DNA of 64,000 bases from an uncultured delta proteobacterium (lineage in GTDB: Bacteria; Myxococcota_A; Polyangia; Polyangiales; Polyangiaceae). Positions 48,952 through 60,035 of this stretch are shown here, piece after piece (within the stretch, counting starts at the first letter, position 1; every line of letters starts with the position of its first letter). A program made the position numbers and the translations under genes. Location of the stretch: positions 992,001 through 1,056,000 of the forward strand of contig CAWJCS010000006.1 of assembly GCA_963841435.1 (NCBI GenBank), written 5' to 3'. The notes beneath the pieces were generated by a model, which saw nothing but the letters and a program-made list of their open reading frames with translations, was not told where the DNA came from and did not search any database.

Positions 48952-51507
48952 ATGAGGCTTGGAAAATTCTTTGGGACCGCACTCGTCCTGACCCTTGGGA
49001 CTGCGAGCATCGCGTGCAGCTCGGGCTCGCGCGCCGGCGCCGACAGTGACGGCGACGGTAGGCCCGACGTGGTGGATCTTTGTCCCGGCACGACCAACGC
49101 CATCGCGGGTCCTGACGGTTGCGCGAAGGGAGAGGACGGCGACGCCGACGGTCTCGACACCGGTGACGATCTCTGCCCCGGCACGCCCACGGGCGCCGAC
49201 GTCGACGCTTACGGTTGCTCGGCCGAGCAACGGGCCGCCGGCGTCGGTGCGGGCGTATTCGGCGGTGCGACGCGAGGCGTTGACGAGCGCTTGCCGGGTG
49301 AGGCTCCGGATGGCGTGACATCGGGCGATTCGCAGGGCAACGAGGTTGACGTCGCGGGCCCGCTCGCTCCTGCGGCATCGACCGCAGAGGAGGCGCAGGC
49401 GTTGCTCGACGACCCGCCGGAGACGGGCTCCGTCAGGAACGGCTTCGTCGCGCTTGTCGTCGATCGCCAAAGCGACCGTCCGCTCGTGTTCTTCACGTTC
49501 GCCTCGAACGTCACGACGCTCGAAAACGGCTACGAGGTGCACGGCGCGTTGCTCCTGACGACACCGCTCGGCCAGGTACCCATCGCGAACGCATCGGTCG
49601 TCTTCGAGAAAGGCGACGACCCGAAGTATGGCCTCGAGCGGGTGCGCGGCTTCGTCGGTATGCCGTTCCCCGTCGCCGGCGCGCTCCGGGGCTTCGAGGT
49701 CGACGATCTCGTGACGGCGTCGATCGGCCTCGACTGGGGGAAGAACCTGAAGGACCTCGAGGCGCCCATCCACGACGATCGGAAGTACCTGTTCTTCCAC
49801 TACCAAACGGGGTTCGAGGCGAGGAGCGGTCCCATCAGCATCACGCTCCCCGGCGCCGCCGACGCGACGCTGATTTTCGATCCCTTCGATCCTTTCCTGT
49901 TCGCGCGGGGCAGCTTGCTCGGTCTGTCGGCGCTCGGCCCGGTCGAAGACGTCGCGCTCGGCCTTTCGGCACGCGGCCGGATCCCGTTCGCGCCAGAGAC
50001 CACCTTCGAGCTCGGCGCCGGTATCGAGCCGTTCGAAGGGCAGCTCTACTTCGGGGGCTCCGTGCCGCTCGCGCGCCTCCCGATGACGCTGAGCGGGCAC
50101 ATGGTGCTCGACATCGACCCGAACGGCGACGGACGCCCGCTCGGCGCGATCGACCAGGCCGGCATGGAGCTCGGCTTGAACGGCGACGTGGCGCTCACGG
50201 CGAGCTTTCTCGACATCCTGAGCTTCGAGGCACCCATCGGTCAGGCGACGGTCGGGCTGCGCGTTACCGGCGACGAACAGCAGGCTTACTTGTCCGGCGT
50301 GATCGAGCCCGACCAGTCGTTCTTGCCCGACGAGCTGCCGCTTCGCGCCGAGCAGACGATCGAGGTAGCGGGCTTCATCAGTAGCGAGATCGAGGATTCG
50401 TACCTGGTTCTCGAGGGTGAGTACCGGATGGTGGGCTCGAGTCTCACGCAGAAGGTCGGCGTGGATCTCTCGGACCTCGCCGTCGCCGAGGCCCGGCTCG
50501 ACGTCGATCGCCGTGGCTTCCGCCTCGCGGGAACGATGCGCGTGGGCGTCACGCTGGCCAAGGACCTCGAAATCGGTGGCGGCGCGGCGGTCGAAGCGTT
50601 CTTTGCCGACGACCCGGCCGACTTCTACGTGCGCATCACCGGTGACGTGACGGTTGCCGGACAGGAGCTGTTCGACGCCCGCGTGCGCATGGATGCCCAC
50701 GGGCTCTTCGTCGAAGGCGAGCTCGATACCGGCGTGAGCCGCATCGCCGTGACGGGGTTCATCACCCAGAGAGGCGCCGAGCTCGGCGGCGAAGCGTCGG
50801 TCCACATCCCCGTGCAGACCGGCAAGAAGGTGCTGGAGACGCTCGTCGATGGCGCCATCTGCGGCTACGAGGCGGTGACGGACGGCGCGAAATGCGGCTA
50901 CGAGGTCGTCAGCGACGGCGCCGTGTGCGGCTACGAGAAGGTGACGGACGGTGCCGTGTGCGGGTACCAGACGGTGACGAACGGCGCGGTGTGCGGCTAC
51001 CAAACGGTGACGAGCGGCGCGTTGTGCGGCTACCAGACGGTGACGAGCGGCGTGCTCTGCGGGACGCACGAGGTGTGCAAGTGGCTCGGCGCGATTGGTA
51101 TCCACGTCTGTGACGACGCGCCCAACACCTGCTCGGTGCCGAAGACCTGCACCGATCCGAGCGCGCCGAAGACGTGTACCGACCTCTCGCTGCCGAAGAC
51201 CTGCAACGACCTCGCAAAGCCCAAGACGTGCGCCGATCTCGCTCGGCCCAAGACCTGCGCCGATCTCGAAAAGCCGCGGACGTGCGAGCACGAGAGCGTG
51301 ATCCCGGATTTCGACTACGGCACGCTCGAGGGCAAGATCGCGCTATCGCTCGGAACGCGCGGGCTTTCGGGTGAGGTGAGCGGCGACTACTGCGAAAGCG
51401 GCGGCGGCTGCACGCGCCTCGCGGGCGGCCGCGTGAAGGTCGGCGACCCGCTGACGGCGTGCATCGACGTGCCGCCCGGGCTCGGCGAGTTCTGCGCGCC
51501 CTTCTGA
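48952..51507 (+). CDS. Large lipoprotein: TSP3-like Ca-binding repeats, long beta-rich body, symmetric 16-Cys repeat insert
   Basis: Strong SD; lipobox SIAC; DSDGDGRPDVVDLCP and DGDADGLDTGDDLCP; alternating hydrophobic strands; two Cys repeat arrays. Confidence 0.88.
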   Translation: MRLGKFFGTALVLTLGTASIACSSGSRAGADSDGDGRPDVVDLCPGTTNAIAGPDGCAKGEDGDADGLDTGDDLCPGTPTGADVDAYGCSAEQRAAGVGAGVFGGATRGVDERLPGEAPDGVTSGDSQGNEVDVAGPLAPAASTAEEAQALLDDPPETGSVRNGFVALVVDRQSDRPLVFFTFASNVTTLENGYEVHGALLLTTPLGQVPIANASVVFEKGDDPKYGLERVRGFVGMPFPVAGALRGFEVDDLVTASIGLDWGKNLKDLEAPIHDDRKYLFFHYQTGFEARSGPISITLPGAADATLIFDPFDPFLFARGSLLGLSALGPVEDVALGLSARGRIPFAPETTFELGAGIEPFEGQLYFGGSVPLARLPMTLSGHMVLDIDPNGDGRPLGAIDQAGMELGLNGDVALTASFLDILSFEAPIGQATVGLRVTGDEQQAYLSGVIEPDQSFLPDELPLRAEQTIEVAGFISSEIEDSYLVLEGEYRMVGSSLTQKVGVDLSDLAVAEARLDVDRRGFRLAGTMRVGVTLAKDLEIGGGAAVEAFFADDPADFYVRITGDVTVAGQELFDARVRMDAHGLFVEGELDTGVSRIAVTGFITQRGAELGGEASVHIPVQTGKKVLETLVDGAICGYEAVTDGAKCGYEVVSDGAVCGYEKVTDGAVCGYQTVTNGAVCGYQTVTSGALCGYQTVTSGVLCGTHEVCKWLGAIGIHVCDDAPNTCSVPKTCTDPSAPKTCTDLSLPKTCNDLAKPKTCADLARPKTCADLEKPRTCEHESVIPDFDYGTLEGKIALSLGTRGLSGEVSGDYCESGGGCTRLAGGRVKVGDPLTACIDVPPGLGEFCAPF
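50842..51285 (+). repeat. Two intragenic tandem arrays: 7 x 33 bp (VTxGAxCGYxx) and 7 x about 27 bp (xDLxxPKTC)
   Basis: Read directly, e.g. gtgacggacggtgccgtgtgcgggtaccagacg and gacctcgcaaagcccaagacgtgcgcc. The first two return units are shorter. Confidence 0.92.
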
Positions 51508-51528
51508 GCCATCGCACGGGGCGTCGTT

Positions 51529-51564
51529 GGGCGGGTCCCTCCGGGGCCCGCCCGTCGTCGTTTT
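51529..51564 (+). terminator. Probable intrinsic terminator hairpin
   Basis: GGGCGGGTCCC-TCC-GGGGCCCGCCC followed by GTCGTCGTTTT, between convergent genes. Confidence 0.55.
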
Positions 51565-51569
51565 GTGCG

Positions 51570-53054
51570 TCAGGGCGCTTTTCGGACGGCGTGCAGGATC
51601 GCGAGCCGGGTGCCTCGCCCGGCGACGGGCGGGGACGGTTCGGTGAGGGTCCCGTCCGGCTGGATCTGGAAGCTGTGCGTGTCTACGTCAGTGGTGACGA
51701 ACAGGTGCCGGCCGGTTCGGTTGACGGCGAGATCTCCGGGCCTCGTCAGGGGGATGCCGCTCACGCCGTTCAGCGTGTCGTCGTCGAGGTCGATGAGCTC
51801 GGGCTGCGCGGTGCCTGCCTTGAAGGCCCAGAGTGCGTCGCCGCCCACGGCGTAGACGAACCCGCCGGCGGGGTGGACCGCCATCCGCGAAAGTTCCAGG
51901 TTCCCGTTCGGGGTCGAACCGGCGTACGGCGCAAGCCTCGGTGAAAACGACCTCACGCTGAACGATTCGAGGTGGTCCCCGAAGAGGACGTAGACGAGCT
52001 CACCGGACGGGGCGACCGCGACCTGTTGGGGCGGGTACCCGTCGTTGATGTCGAGTGCGGCCGTGTCGCGGGGGGAAAGCGTTCCCGCCTGCGCGTCGAA
52101 AGAGACGGCGTTCACGGTGCTCGAGAACGAATACGGGTCCTGGATGACGTACACCCAGGCGCCCGACGGATCGAACACGGGCGACCACGGCTTGTTGATG
52201 GAAAGCCGCTCTAGCTGGGCAATTCGACCGGGGTACTGGTCGTGGTCGAACGAATAGAGGTAGACGCCGCCGCCGGAGCCGTTGCTGTCCCCGTTCGCGA
52301 CCAAAAGGAAGTCGTGGTCCAGCCCCGCGGGGCCCGCGAGCATTGCGCCCGTGGCGTATTGCGTGGTGGGCTCACCCGACGTTTCCATCGGCTGGGTTTG
52401 CAGGCTCTCCTCGAGCTCGAGCGTGTCCGGATCGACGTTGAAGGTGTGCGTGATCTGGCCGCCTTTTCCACTGAGGGCCACCACGTGCTGCCGGTCGGGG
52501 GCCGAGAGCAGGTCACCGCTGACACTGGAGGCGTGTTGGATCACGCTAAGGGGCGTGGCGTCGAGCCCGCCCGATGGCTCGACTCCGAACCCGACGAGGT
52601 TGGGCGAGGAACTCTCTTTCATGACGTACACCGCGACGGGCGCGAGCTCGCACCGCGGATCGGCGAGCGCCTCCTCGCCGTCGCAGCTCACCGGGCCCGC
52701 GCCGCCCTCGCCCGCCGCGCCGCCGGGCGCCTCACCCGCCGCGCCACCGGGCGCCTCACCCGCCGCGCCGCCCGCCGCGGTGCCGCCACGCCCGCCGACG
52801 CTCGAGCCCGCTTGACCACCTTTTCCGCCGCGGCCGCCGAGATCCTGAGCCCCCGCCTCGCCGCCCTCGCCGGCCTGTCCTCCCTCGTTGCTTTTCGGCG
52901 GCTCGCCGAACGCGTAGCGATCCAAATCGAGGGTCAACGAGCACGCCGAGCCGAGCACGCCGAGCACGACCCAGCCGCCGAGCGTGCGCCGGGCACGGCC
53001 GCCCGAGCGCGACCTCGAGGTGCGGTCGGGCGGGGCAGTCAGCTTCGGGCGCAT
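51570..53054 (-). CDS. Lipoprotein with Gly-rich linker and lactonase-like beta-propeller
   Basis: Lipobox LGSAC-SLTLDL; blades such as FDPSGAWVYV, VAPSGELVYV, VHPAGGFVYAV, VNRTGRHLFV. Confidence 0.82.
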   Translation of the reverse strand: MRPKLTAPPDRTSRSRSGGRARRTLGGWVVLGVLGSACSLTLDLDRYAFGEPPKSNEGGQAGEGGEAGAQDLGGRGGKGGQAGSSVGGRGGTAAGGAAGEAPGGAAGEAPGGAAGEGGAGPVSCDGEEALADPRCELAPVAVYVMKESSSPNLVGFGVEPSGGLDATPLSVIQHASSVSGDLLSAPDRQHVVALSGKGGQITHTFNVDPDTLELEESLQTQPMETSGEPTTQYATGAMLAGPAGLDHDFLLVANGDSNGSGGGVYLYSFDHDQYPGRIAQLERLSINKPWSPVFDPSGAWVYVIQDPYSFSSTVNAVSFDAQAGTLSPRDTAALDINDGYPPQQVAVAPSGELVYVLFGDHLESFSVRSFSPRLAPYAGSTPNGNLELSRMAVHPAGGFVYAVGGDALWAFKAGTAQPELIDLDDDTLNGVSGIPLTRPGDLAVNRTGRHLFVTTDVDTHSFQIQPDGTLTEPSPPVAGRGTRLAILHAVRKAP

Positions 53055-53165
53055 GGGTCGTTGAACGTAAAAGGAGACGCTCCGACCGTGCGCTCGAACG
53101 CCGACGGCCGCAAGCCCGGGCGCGCTTCTTGCGCGGGCCGCGCCCTTCGGGCCTACTCGTGGGCG

Positions 53166-54218
53166 ATGAGCGACAAGAGGTTGGCCGCCCAACGCGTTGC
53201 GCTCGGTCTCGTGCTTTCGCTCGGGGCTCCCTCGGTGCGCGCAGAGCCCGCGCCGACGGCGTCCGACGCGACGGCGTCCGACGCGACGGCACGCGCCCGC
53301 GCCGACACCCTCTTCCGCGAGGGGCGCCAGCTGATCGCCGAGGGAAAACTGGAGCTCGCCTGCACGCGCTTCGAGCAGAGCCAGTCGCTCGACCCGTCAC
53401 CCGGGACGCTCCTCAATCTCGGCGCGTGCCACGAAAAGCGCGGCGACCTCGTGCGCGCGCAGCAGGACTTCGAGCGTGCTTCGGCCCTCGCGCTAAAGCA
53501 CCCGGATCCGACGCGGCGCAGGGCGTGGACGGCCGCGGCCGAGAAGGAGCTCGGGGCGCTCACGCCACGCATTCCGAAGCTTCGCTTGAAGCTTCCCGCG
53601 ACTCCCTCGCTCGGTGTGTGGCTCGACGGCGCCGAGCTCGCGCAACCACTGCCCGAGGCGGGGACGCTCGTCAACCCGGGCGCCCACGCGATCGAGGCCC
53701 GGGCGCCCAGTCGGGCGACGTGGCACGCGTCCCTCAGCGTCGCCGAAGGCGAGGTGTCGAGCGTGGTCATCCCCGAGCTCGTGCCGCTCCTCGCACCCGA
53801 GCCGGCGGCACCCGCCGGGCACGACGGGGGCGCTGCAGCCTCGCGCGTCCCGGCGTTCGTGGCATTCGGGGCGTCGGGGGCGCTCCTCGGTGCTGGCGTC
53901 GTGACCGGTGTGCTCGCAAAGTCCGCCCAAGCAGACCTCGACGAGCGCTGCACCGCTCCGGATCCAGCGCGGCCCGGCGGTGTGCTCTGCGATCCGTCGT
54001 TGCGCTCGACGCGCGACCGTGCGCGGACGCTCAGCATCGTCACCGACGTGCTCTGGGTCGGCGCGGTGGCGAGCGCGGGGCTCGGCGCGTACTTCTGGCT
54101 CAGCGCGCCGGCTCACGACGACCGGGGCGCGGAGCCGGCGTCGCGCGATGCTGCGGCACGTGTCTCGGCTGGCTGTGACGGCACGGGCTGCGCGCTCGCC
54201 GTCGCGGGCGCGTTCTGA
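53166..54218 (+). CDS. TPR + PEGA-like domain protein with C-terminal hydrophobic segments
   Basis: ADTLFREGRQL...ACTRFEQSQSLDPSPGTLLNLGACHE (TPR), VWLDG...VNPGAHAIEARAP (PEGA-like), ends AGAF. Confidence 0.85.
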   Translation: MSDKRLAAQRVALGLVLSLGAPSVRAEPAPTASDATASDATARARADTLFREGRQLIAEGKLELACTRFEQSQSLDPSPGTLLNLGACHEKRGDLVRAQQDFERASALALKHPDPTRRRAWTAAAEKELGALTPRIPKLRLKLPATPSLGVWLDGAELAQPLPEAGTLVNPGAHAIEARAPSRATWHASLSVAEGEVSSVVIPELVPLLAPEPAAPAGHDGGAAASRVPAFVAFGASGALLGAGVVTGVLAKSAQADLDERCTAPDPARPGGVLCDPSLRSTRDRARTLSIVTDVLWVGAVASAGLGAYFWLSAPAHDDRGAEPASRDAAARVSAGCDGTGCALAVAGAF

Positions 54219-54221
54219 GCA

Positions 54222-55745
54222 CTATCTGAGATCGAAGGCGTCGACGGTGGCCGGCTTTTGCGGCTGGCTCGGGGGCGACGCCGTCGCGCGGGTTTCAGCG
54301 GTTTTGGGCGCCGGCGCTGCGCCCTTCGTCGGCGGTGACGCGGCGCTCGGCGCCGAAACCGGGGCGCGCCCTGCGCGTGCCGGGGGACGCCCTCGCGGCG
54401 CCGCGGTCGTGGGCGCATGGTTGGGCTCGGGCGCTGCGGAGGCGGAGGCGGAGGCGGAAGGTAGGACGGGCTCCACCGTCGGCGCGCGCTCGGCGTTCGG
54501 GGCCGCGGGAGTCGGCGTAGCGTTGGGCGCGTCGGTGGTACTTTGCGCCGCGGGTGCGGGTGCCGCGCTCTCGGGCAGGGGGGCGGCGGGCGCCGCCGCG
54601 TCGCTCTCGCTCGTCACCGCGGGCCGGCTCGCGAGCACGAAAACCGCGACGAGCCCTGCGCCGGCGGCAGCGCTGACGAGCAGCCTGCGTGAGCGCTTCT
54701 TCGGTTCGAGCGGGGCGCTCTGCACGGGCGCGAGCGACTTCTCCGTCGGCGTGCCCGGCGCCGGCTCGGCGAGCGCGGTCGCGGAGTGACCCGAAACGCG
54801 TGCCGACGGTGCCGCACGGACGACATCGACGACAAAGCCCTCGAGCGCCGCGCCGAGCGCGCCGACGGCCTCGCTGGCGGTCGAAAATCGGCGCTCAGGC
54901 CGCGCTTCCAGGCAGCGGAGCAGCCAGGCGTCGAACGACGCGGGCACGCTTCCCGTGAGACCCTGCTCGCGGATCCGCTCGGACGGCGCCGTCCGGTCCG
55001 CGCTGCCGATCTCGCCGAGCACCGCGAGCAGGTTCGGGTTCTCGCCGTACGCTCCCTTCCAGTAAACCTTGCCCGTGACGAGGTAATAGGCGACGAGCCC
55101 GAGCGCCCAGACGTCCGTCTCCGGGGAGACACGCTGCGCGCGGATCTGCTCGGGCGCCATGTAGAGCGGCGTGCCCTTGAGGTCGGTGCTCACGTGCGAG
55201 GTGTCACCGAGCACCTTGGCGATACCGAAGTCGAGAATGCGCACGAACGGCCGGTCGCTGTCGGCGTCGGTCACGAAGAGATTCTCGGGCTTGAGATCGC
55301 GGTGAACGATGGGTTGCGGAGTGCCGTTCGCTGCGCGGTGAGCGTGGGCGGCGTCGAGGCCTGCTGCGACCTGCTCGAGCAGCAGGAGCGCCCGCGCGGG
55401 CTCGAGCGGTCCGCTTCGCTGCACGAGCGTGCGCAGGTCCTCCCCATCGAGGAGCTCCATCACGAGGTAGGGCAGCTCGCCGTCCTCGGCGAAGCCAGCG
55501 TCGAGCACCTTGACGATATGGGGCGAAGCGACGCGGGCCGCGACGCGCGCTTCGAGCTCGAAACGCTGCCGCGCGCCGGCCTGCTCGAGAACCTCGGGCC
55601 ACAGCACCTTCACGGCAAGGCGCATTTCCGTGGTCACGTGGCGCGCCTCGAAGACGGCGCCCATGCCGCCCTGCGCGAGCTGTCGCTCGAGCCGGTAGCG
55701 CTTACCCAAAACGACCCCCGGGGTAAGGCTCAGGCGCGAGCTCAT
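54222..55745 (-). CDS. Hanks-type Ser/Thr protein kinase with TM helix and Pro/Ala-rich tail
   Basis: LAQGGMGAVF, AVKVL, HRDLKPEN, DFGIAK, GTPLYMAPEQ, DVWALG. Confidence 0.95.
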   Translation of the reverse strand: MSSRLSLTPGVVLGKRYRLERQLAQGGMGAVFEARHVTTEMRLAVKVLWPEVLEQAGARQRFELEARVAARVASPHIVKVLDAGFAEDGELPYLVMELLDGEDLRTLVQRSGPLEPARALLLLEQVAAGLDAAHAHRAANGTPQPIVHRDLKPENLFVTDADSDRPFVRILDFGIAKVLGDTSHVSTDLKGTPLYMAPEQIRAQRVSPETDVWALGLVAYYLVTGKVYWKGAYGENPNLLAVLGEIGSADRTAPSERIREQGLTGSVPASFDAWLLRCLEARPERRFSTASEAVGALGAALEGFVVDVVRAAPSARVSGHSATALAEPAPGTPTEKSLAPVQSAPLEPKKRSRRLLVSAAAGAGLVAVFVLASRPAVTSESDAAAPAAPLPESAAPAPAAQSTTDAPNATPTPAAPNAERAPTVEPVLPSASASASAAPEPNHAPTTAAPRGRPPARAGRAPVSAPSAASPPTKGAAPAPKTAETRATASPPSQPQKPATVDAFDLR

Positions 55746-55850
55746 GGCCCCAACCGTATCAGCCAGAGTGCGCGGCCGCACCGCGAAATGACCTCGTGAG
55801 CGCGGCCGGGCGGCGCGCTCGCCGATCGGGTAGCCTGGGGAGAGCCCTCG

Positions 55851-57242
<1,392 letters not shown>

Positions 57243-57285
57243 AGCAGATGCGGCCTGACCCCGGGGCGCGCGTGGGGGGTTCTGC

Positions 57286-57714
57286 TCAGGCGGCGGGCGG
57301 GTTCGGCGGCATGCGGAACACGATGAGCCGCCGCACCGGATAGGCGAAGCCTGCGAACACGATGAACGTGCCGACGAAGCCCACGACCTCGGGCGCGAGC
57401 ATCGTCAGGCGCTCGACGAGGTAACGGAACACCGTGTAGTTCAAATACAGCGTGATGCTCTCGGCGACGACGAACAGCCACGCCTGCCTCGACAGCTTTC
57501 CCGCGGTCGCGCGAAACGTGAAGCTGCGATTGCCGAAAAACTGAAAGCACGCGCCTGCGACGAGCGCGGGCACACGAGCCGAGGTGGGCGCCATCCCGAT
57601 GGCCCGGATGCAGGTCGTGAAGATCGAAAAGTCCGTCAAGGTCGCGCCGCTGCCCACGATCAGCGCGCGCCCGAAGCGGTAGGCGCGGGTGAGGAGCGGC
57701 TCCCTTTCGACCAC
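57286..57714 (-). CDS. GtrA family membrane protein
   Basis: VGSGATLTDFSIF, FFGNRSFTF, four TM segments. Confidence 0.85.
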   Translation of the reverse strand: MVEREPLLTRAYRFGRALIVGSGATLTDFSIFTTCIRAIGMAPTSARVPALVAGACFQFFGNRSFTFRATAGKLSRQAWLFVVAESITLYLNYTVFRYLVERLTMLAPEVVGFVGTFIVFAGFAYPVRRLIVFRMPPNPPAA

Positions 57715-57887
57715 GCTCCAATATCAGGCCAAATGGGTCGTTTTGTCCACTTCCCGGCCGCGGCTTCGGCCTTGCCGAGCGTTCTCACACGGTGGCTCGC
57801 GCCTGGCGAGGCTCACGTCTTCGACCGTCAGGTCCTTTTCGGTTGCGCCGATCTTGCTGCCCGCGGCGGCCGCCGCAACCCTGCCGG

Positions 57888-58922
57888 TCACCCAGCGTCG
57901 GGCGTCGAGAGGTCGGGTCGCGACGTCGCGAGATCGCGCAGGATCTCGGCGACGGCTTCGTAGAGCGCTTCGGGGATCTCGTCGCCGATCTCGAGCTCGG
58001 CGAGCGCGCGGGCCACGGGCACGTCCCGAACGCAGGGGATGCCGTAGGCGTGCGCCGCCTCGATGATGCGCCGCGCGAGGTCGCCGTGGCCGAGTGCGAC
58101 GAGCCTGGGCGCCTCGTCCTCGCCCTCGACGTAGCGCAGCGCGCTCGCGACGTGCGTGGGATTCACGACGACCACGGTCGCGTCCTTGACGGCATTGACA
58201 ATCGACCCCGCGAGGGCTTCCTGGTGCGCGCGGCGGCGCCTCGCCTTGATCTCGGGGTCGCCTTCGGCTTCCCGGTGCTCGCGGCGCACGTCGTCCTTGG
58301 TCATGCGGTGGCGGAGCCGAAATGCCCGATGCTGCAGCGCCACGTCGATTCCGGCGAGCGCGAGCCCGACGAGCGCCGCCTCGACGCCGAGCTGCTTGCC
58401 GAGCGTCGCGACGAGCGGCCCGATGGTATCCGGGTTGCCGGCGGCGTTCACGAGGTCCGCGGCGTGGTCGCGCAGCGTGACGAAGCAAAGGACGCCGACG
58501 GCGCCCGCCGCGACGAGCGCGCGCGCGAGCCCGGCGATGCGTTCCATGCGAAACAGGGCGGAAAGCCCCGCGATGGGATCGAGCCGCTCGAGCTTGGGCG
58601 TGAGCCGCGTGCCAGAGAAGACGCCGCCCGTCTGCACGAGCGAGACGGCGCCGGCCGTGAAGGCGACGGCGAGGAGGATGGGTAACGAGAGGAGGAGCAC
58701 CTCGACGGGTAGCGTCACCGCCGTCGACGCGGGTCGGCCGGCGAGCGCCCGGTGCAAGAGCTCGCTCGCGCGCGCCGCCGTGGCGACGATCGCGCCCGGC
58801 ACGAGCAACACCGCCGCCCACAGCGAAAGCGCCTGGCCGAGCGCGTGGGAAAGCGGGCTGTCGCCCTCTTCACGCGCCTTTCTCAGCCGGCGCGGCGAGG
58901 GCTCCTCGGTCTTCATCGCCAT
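57888..58922 (-). CDS. FlhB/EscU/YscU (SctU) family type III export switch protein
   Basis: KTEEPSPRRLRKAREEG, PKLERLDP, MTKDDVRREHREAEGDPEIK, VVVNPTH autocleavage motif, IPEALYEAVAEIL. Confidence 0.93.
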   Translation of the reverse strand: MAMKTEEPSPRRLRKAREEGDSPLSHALGQALSLWAAVLLVPGAIVATAARASELLHRALAGRPASTAVTLPVEVLLLSLPILLAVAFTAGAVSLVQTGGVFSGTRLTPKLERLDPIAGLSALFRMERIAGLARALVAAGAVGVLCFVTLRDHAADLVNAAGNPDTIGPLVATLGKQLGVEAALVGLALAGIDVALQHRAFRLRHRMTKDDVRREHREAEGDPEIKARRRRAHQEALAGSIVNAVKDATVVVVNPTHVASALRYVEGEDEAPRLVALGHGDLARRIIEAAHAYGIPCVRDVPVARALAELEIGDEIPEALYEAVAEILRDLATSRPDLSTPDAG

Positions 58923-58989
58923 GGTTGCCCCGCATCGGTCGCCGTGTGCTCCGAGTTGCCGCCCTGTTCCACGCGCCCTCCGATCGGCC

Positions 58990-60000
58990 CTAAAAGAAAG
59001 GGTAAGGCAGTCCGCGACCCCCGGTGCCACGCCAGGCGTTGGCCGTCTGTTGGATGATGGGGATGCGGAGCGCGGGCGATGGGTGACTGCGCTCGAAGCC
59101 GAACAGGATGTCGGCGGGCGTCAGCTGGTCCAGGCCGCTGAAGAACTGCATGGTGAGGAGCGCGCCACCCTCGGTGAAGTGATAGCCGTTGCGTCGCGCG
59201 CCCGCCGTGAGCGCGTCGTTCAGGCCCGACACGTCCGCGGCGATCTCGTTCGGCTGGTTGAAAAGGGGTACGGTGTCGGCGAGCACGCGACCGATCTCGG
59301 CGGCCGGCAGCGCGCCCGCGCCCGCGCAGGGCAGGTGCCCGAGATAGTGGTGGGCGAGCTCGTGACCGAGCACGAAGGCGATCTCTTCGTCGAGCACCTC
59401 GCGTTGGCGCGCGAGCTTTTGGGGATTCTGATCCATGGCCGGGTCGAAGAAGCCCGCCGGCGGCCGCACGATCGGCCGTTTCGGGCGCTGGTCACGGGCG
59501 ATGATCGCGATGTACTCGCCCACCTTGTTGGTTCGAAAGAGCTCGTCGATGGCCCTCGCGCGCGCCAGGTGGGCCTGGATGTCGAAGAGCCCGTCGGTGA
59601 CGGCCATCGCCGCGCGTCCGTCGCGCGTGCAGGTCGCGAACGCGTTCACCTCGCCGGGCGAGCCGTCGACGACGAGCGGGATGTTGGCGACGCGGCCGTT
59701 CTGCAAGGGCGGCAGCGCGGCCACGAGCTCCGCCAGGATGCCGCTCGCCTCGGTGCGCAAGAAAGGCAGATCGACGTTGTTGATGGGGTCGGGGCCCGAC
59801 GGCGCGACGGCGACGGGCGGCATACCCGTCGTCACGGGAGCGCCCGGCTGGGCCGGGTAGCCGGGTGACGGTGCGGGCGCAGCGTACTGCGGCGCGTAGG
59901 CGGGCGGCGGCGCCTGGTTCGAGCTGCTCTTGCAGCCCGACGAAAGGAGGGTGACGAGCCCGAGGCCGAGCGGCGCGAAAGGGAGGTGCGGACGACGCAT
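58990..60000 (-). CDS. M48 family zinc metalloprotease lipoprotein
   Basis: Lipobox LSSGC, VNAFA, EIAFVLGHELAH, NEIAAD, SHP...RI. Confidence 0.88.
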   Translation of the reverse strand: MRRPHLPFAPLGLGLVTLLSSGCKSSSNQAPPPAYAPQYAAPAPSPGYPAQPGAPVTTGMPPVAVAPSGPDPINNVDLPFLRTEASGILAELVAALPPLQNGRVANIPLVVDGSPGEVNAFATCTRDGRAAMAVTDGLFDIQAHLARARAIDELFRTNKVGEYIAIIARDQRPKRPIVRPPAGFFDPAMDQNPQKLARQREVLDEEIAFVLGHELAHHYLGHLPCAGAGALPAAEIGRVLADTVPLFNQPNEIAADVSGLNDALTAGARRNGYHFTEGGALLTMQFFSGLDQLTPADILFGFERSHPSPALRIPIIQQTANAWRGTGGRGLPYPFF

Positions 60001-60035
60001 CGACGAACCTTGGGACCGGGCGCAGGATAGCCGGC

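Noticed and set aside
50842-51285. Regularly spaced 33-bp and 27-bp repeats as a possible CRISPR array
   Set aside because: The units are in-frame, vary at synonymous positions, have no unique spacers, and there are no cas genes.
48751-51291. N-terminal 847 aa of the 1248-aa ORF 47545-51291
   Set aside because: Antisense to the real lipoprotein gene. Only the part from ATG 48750 has a signal peptide and CAP domain.
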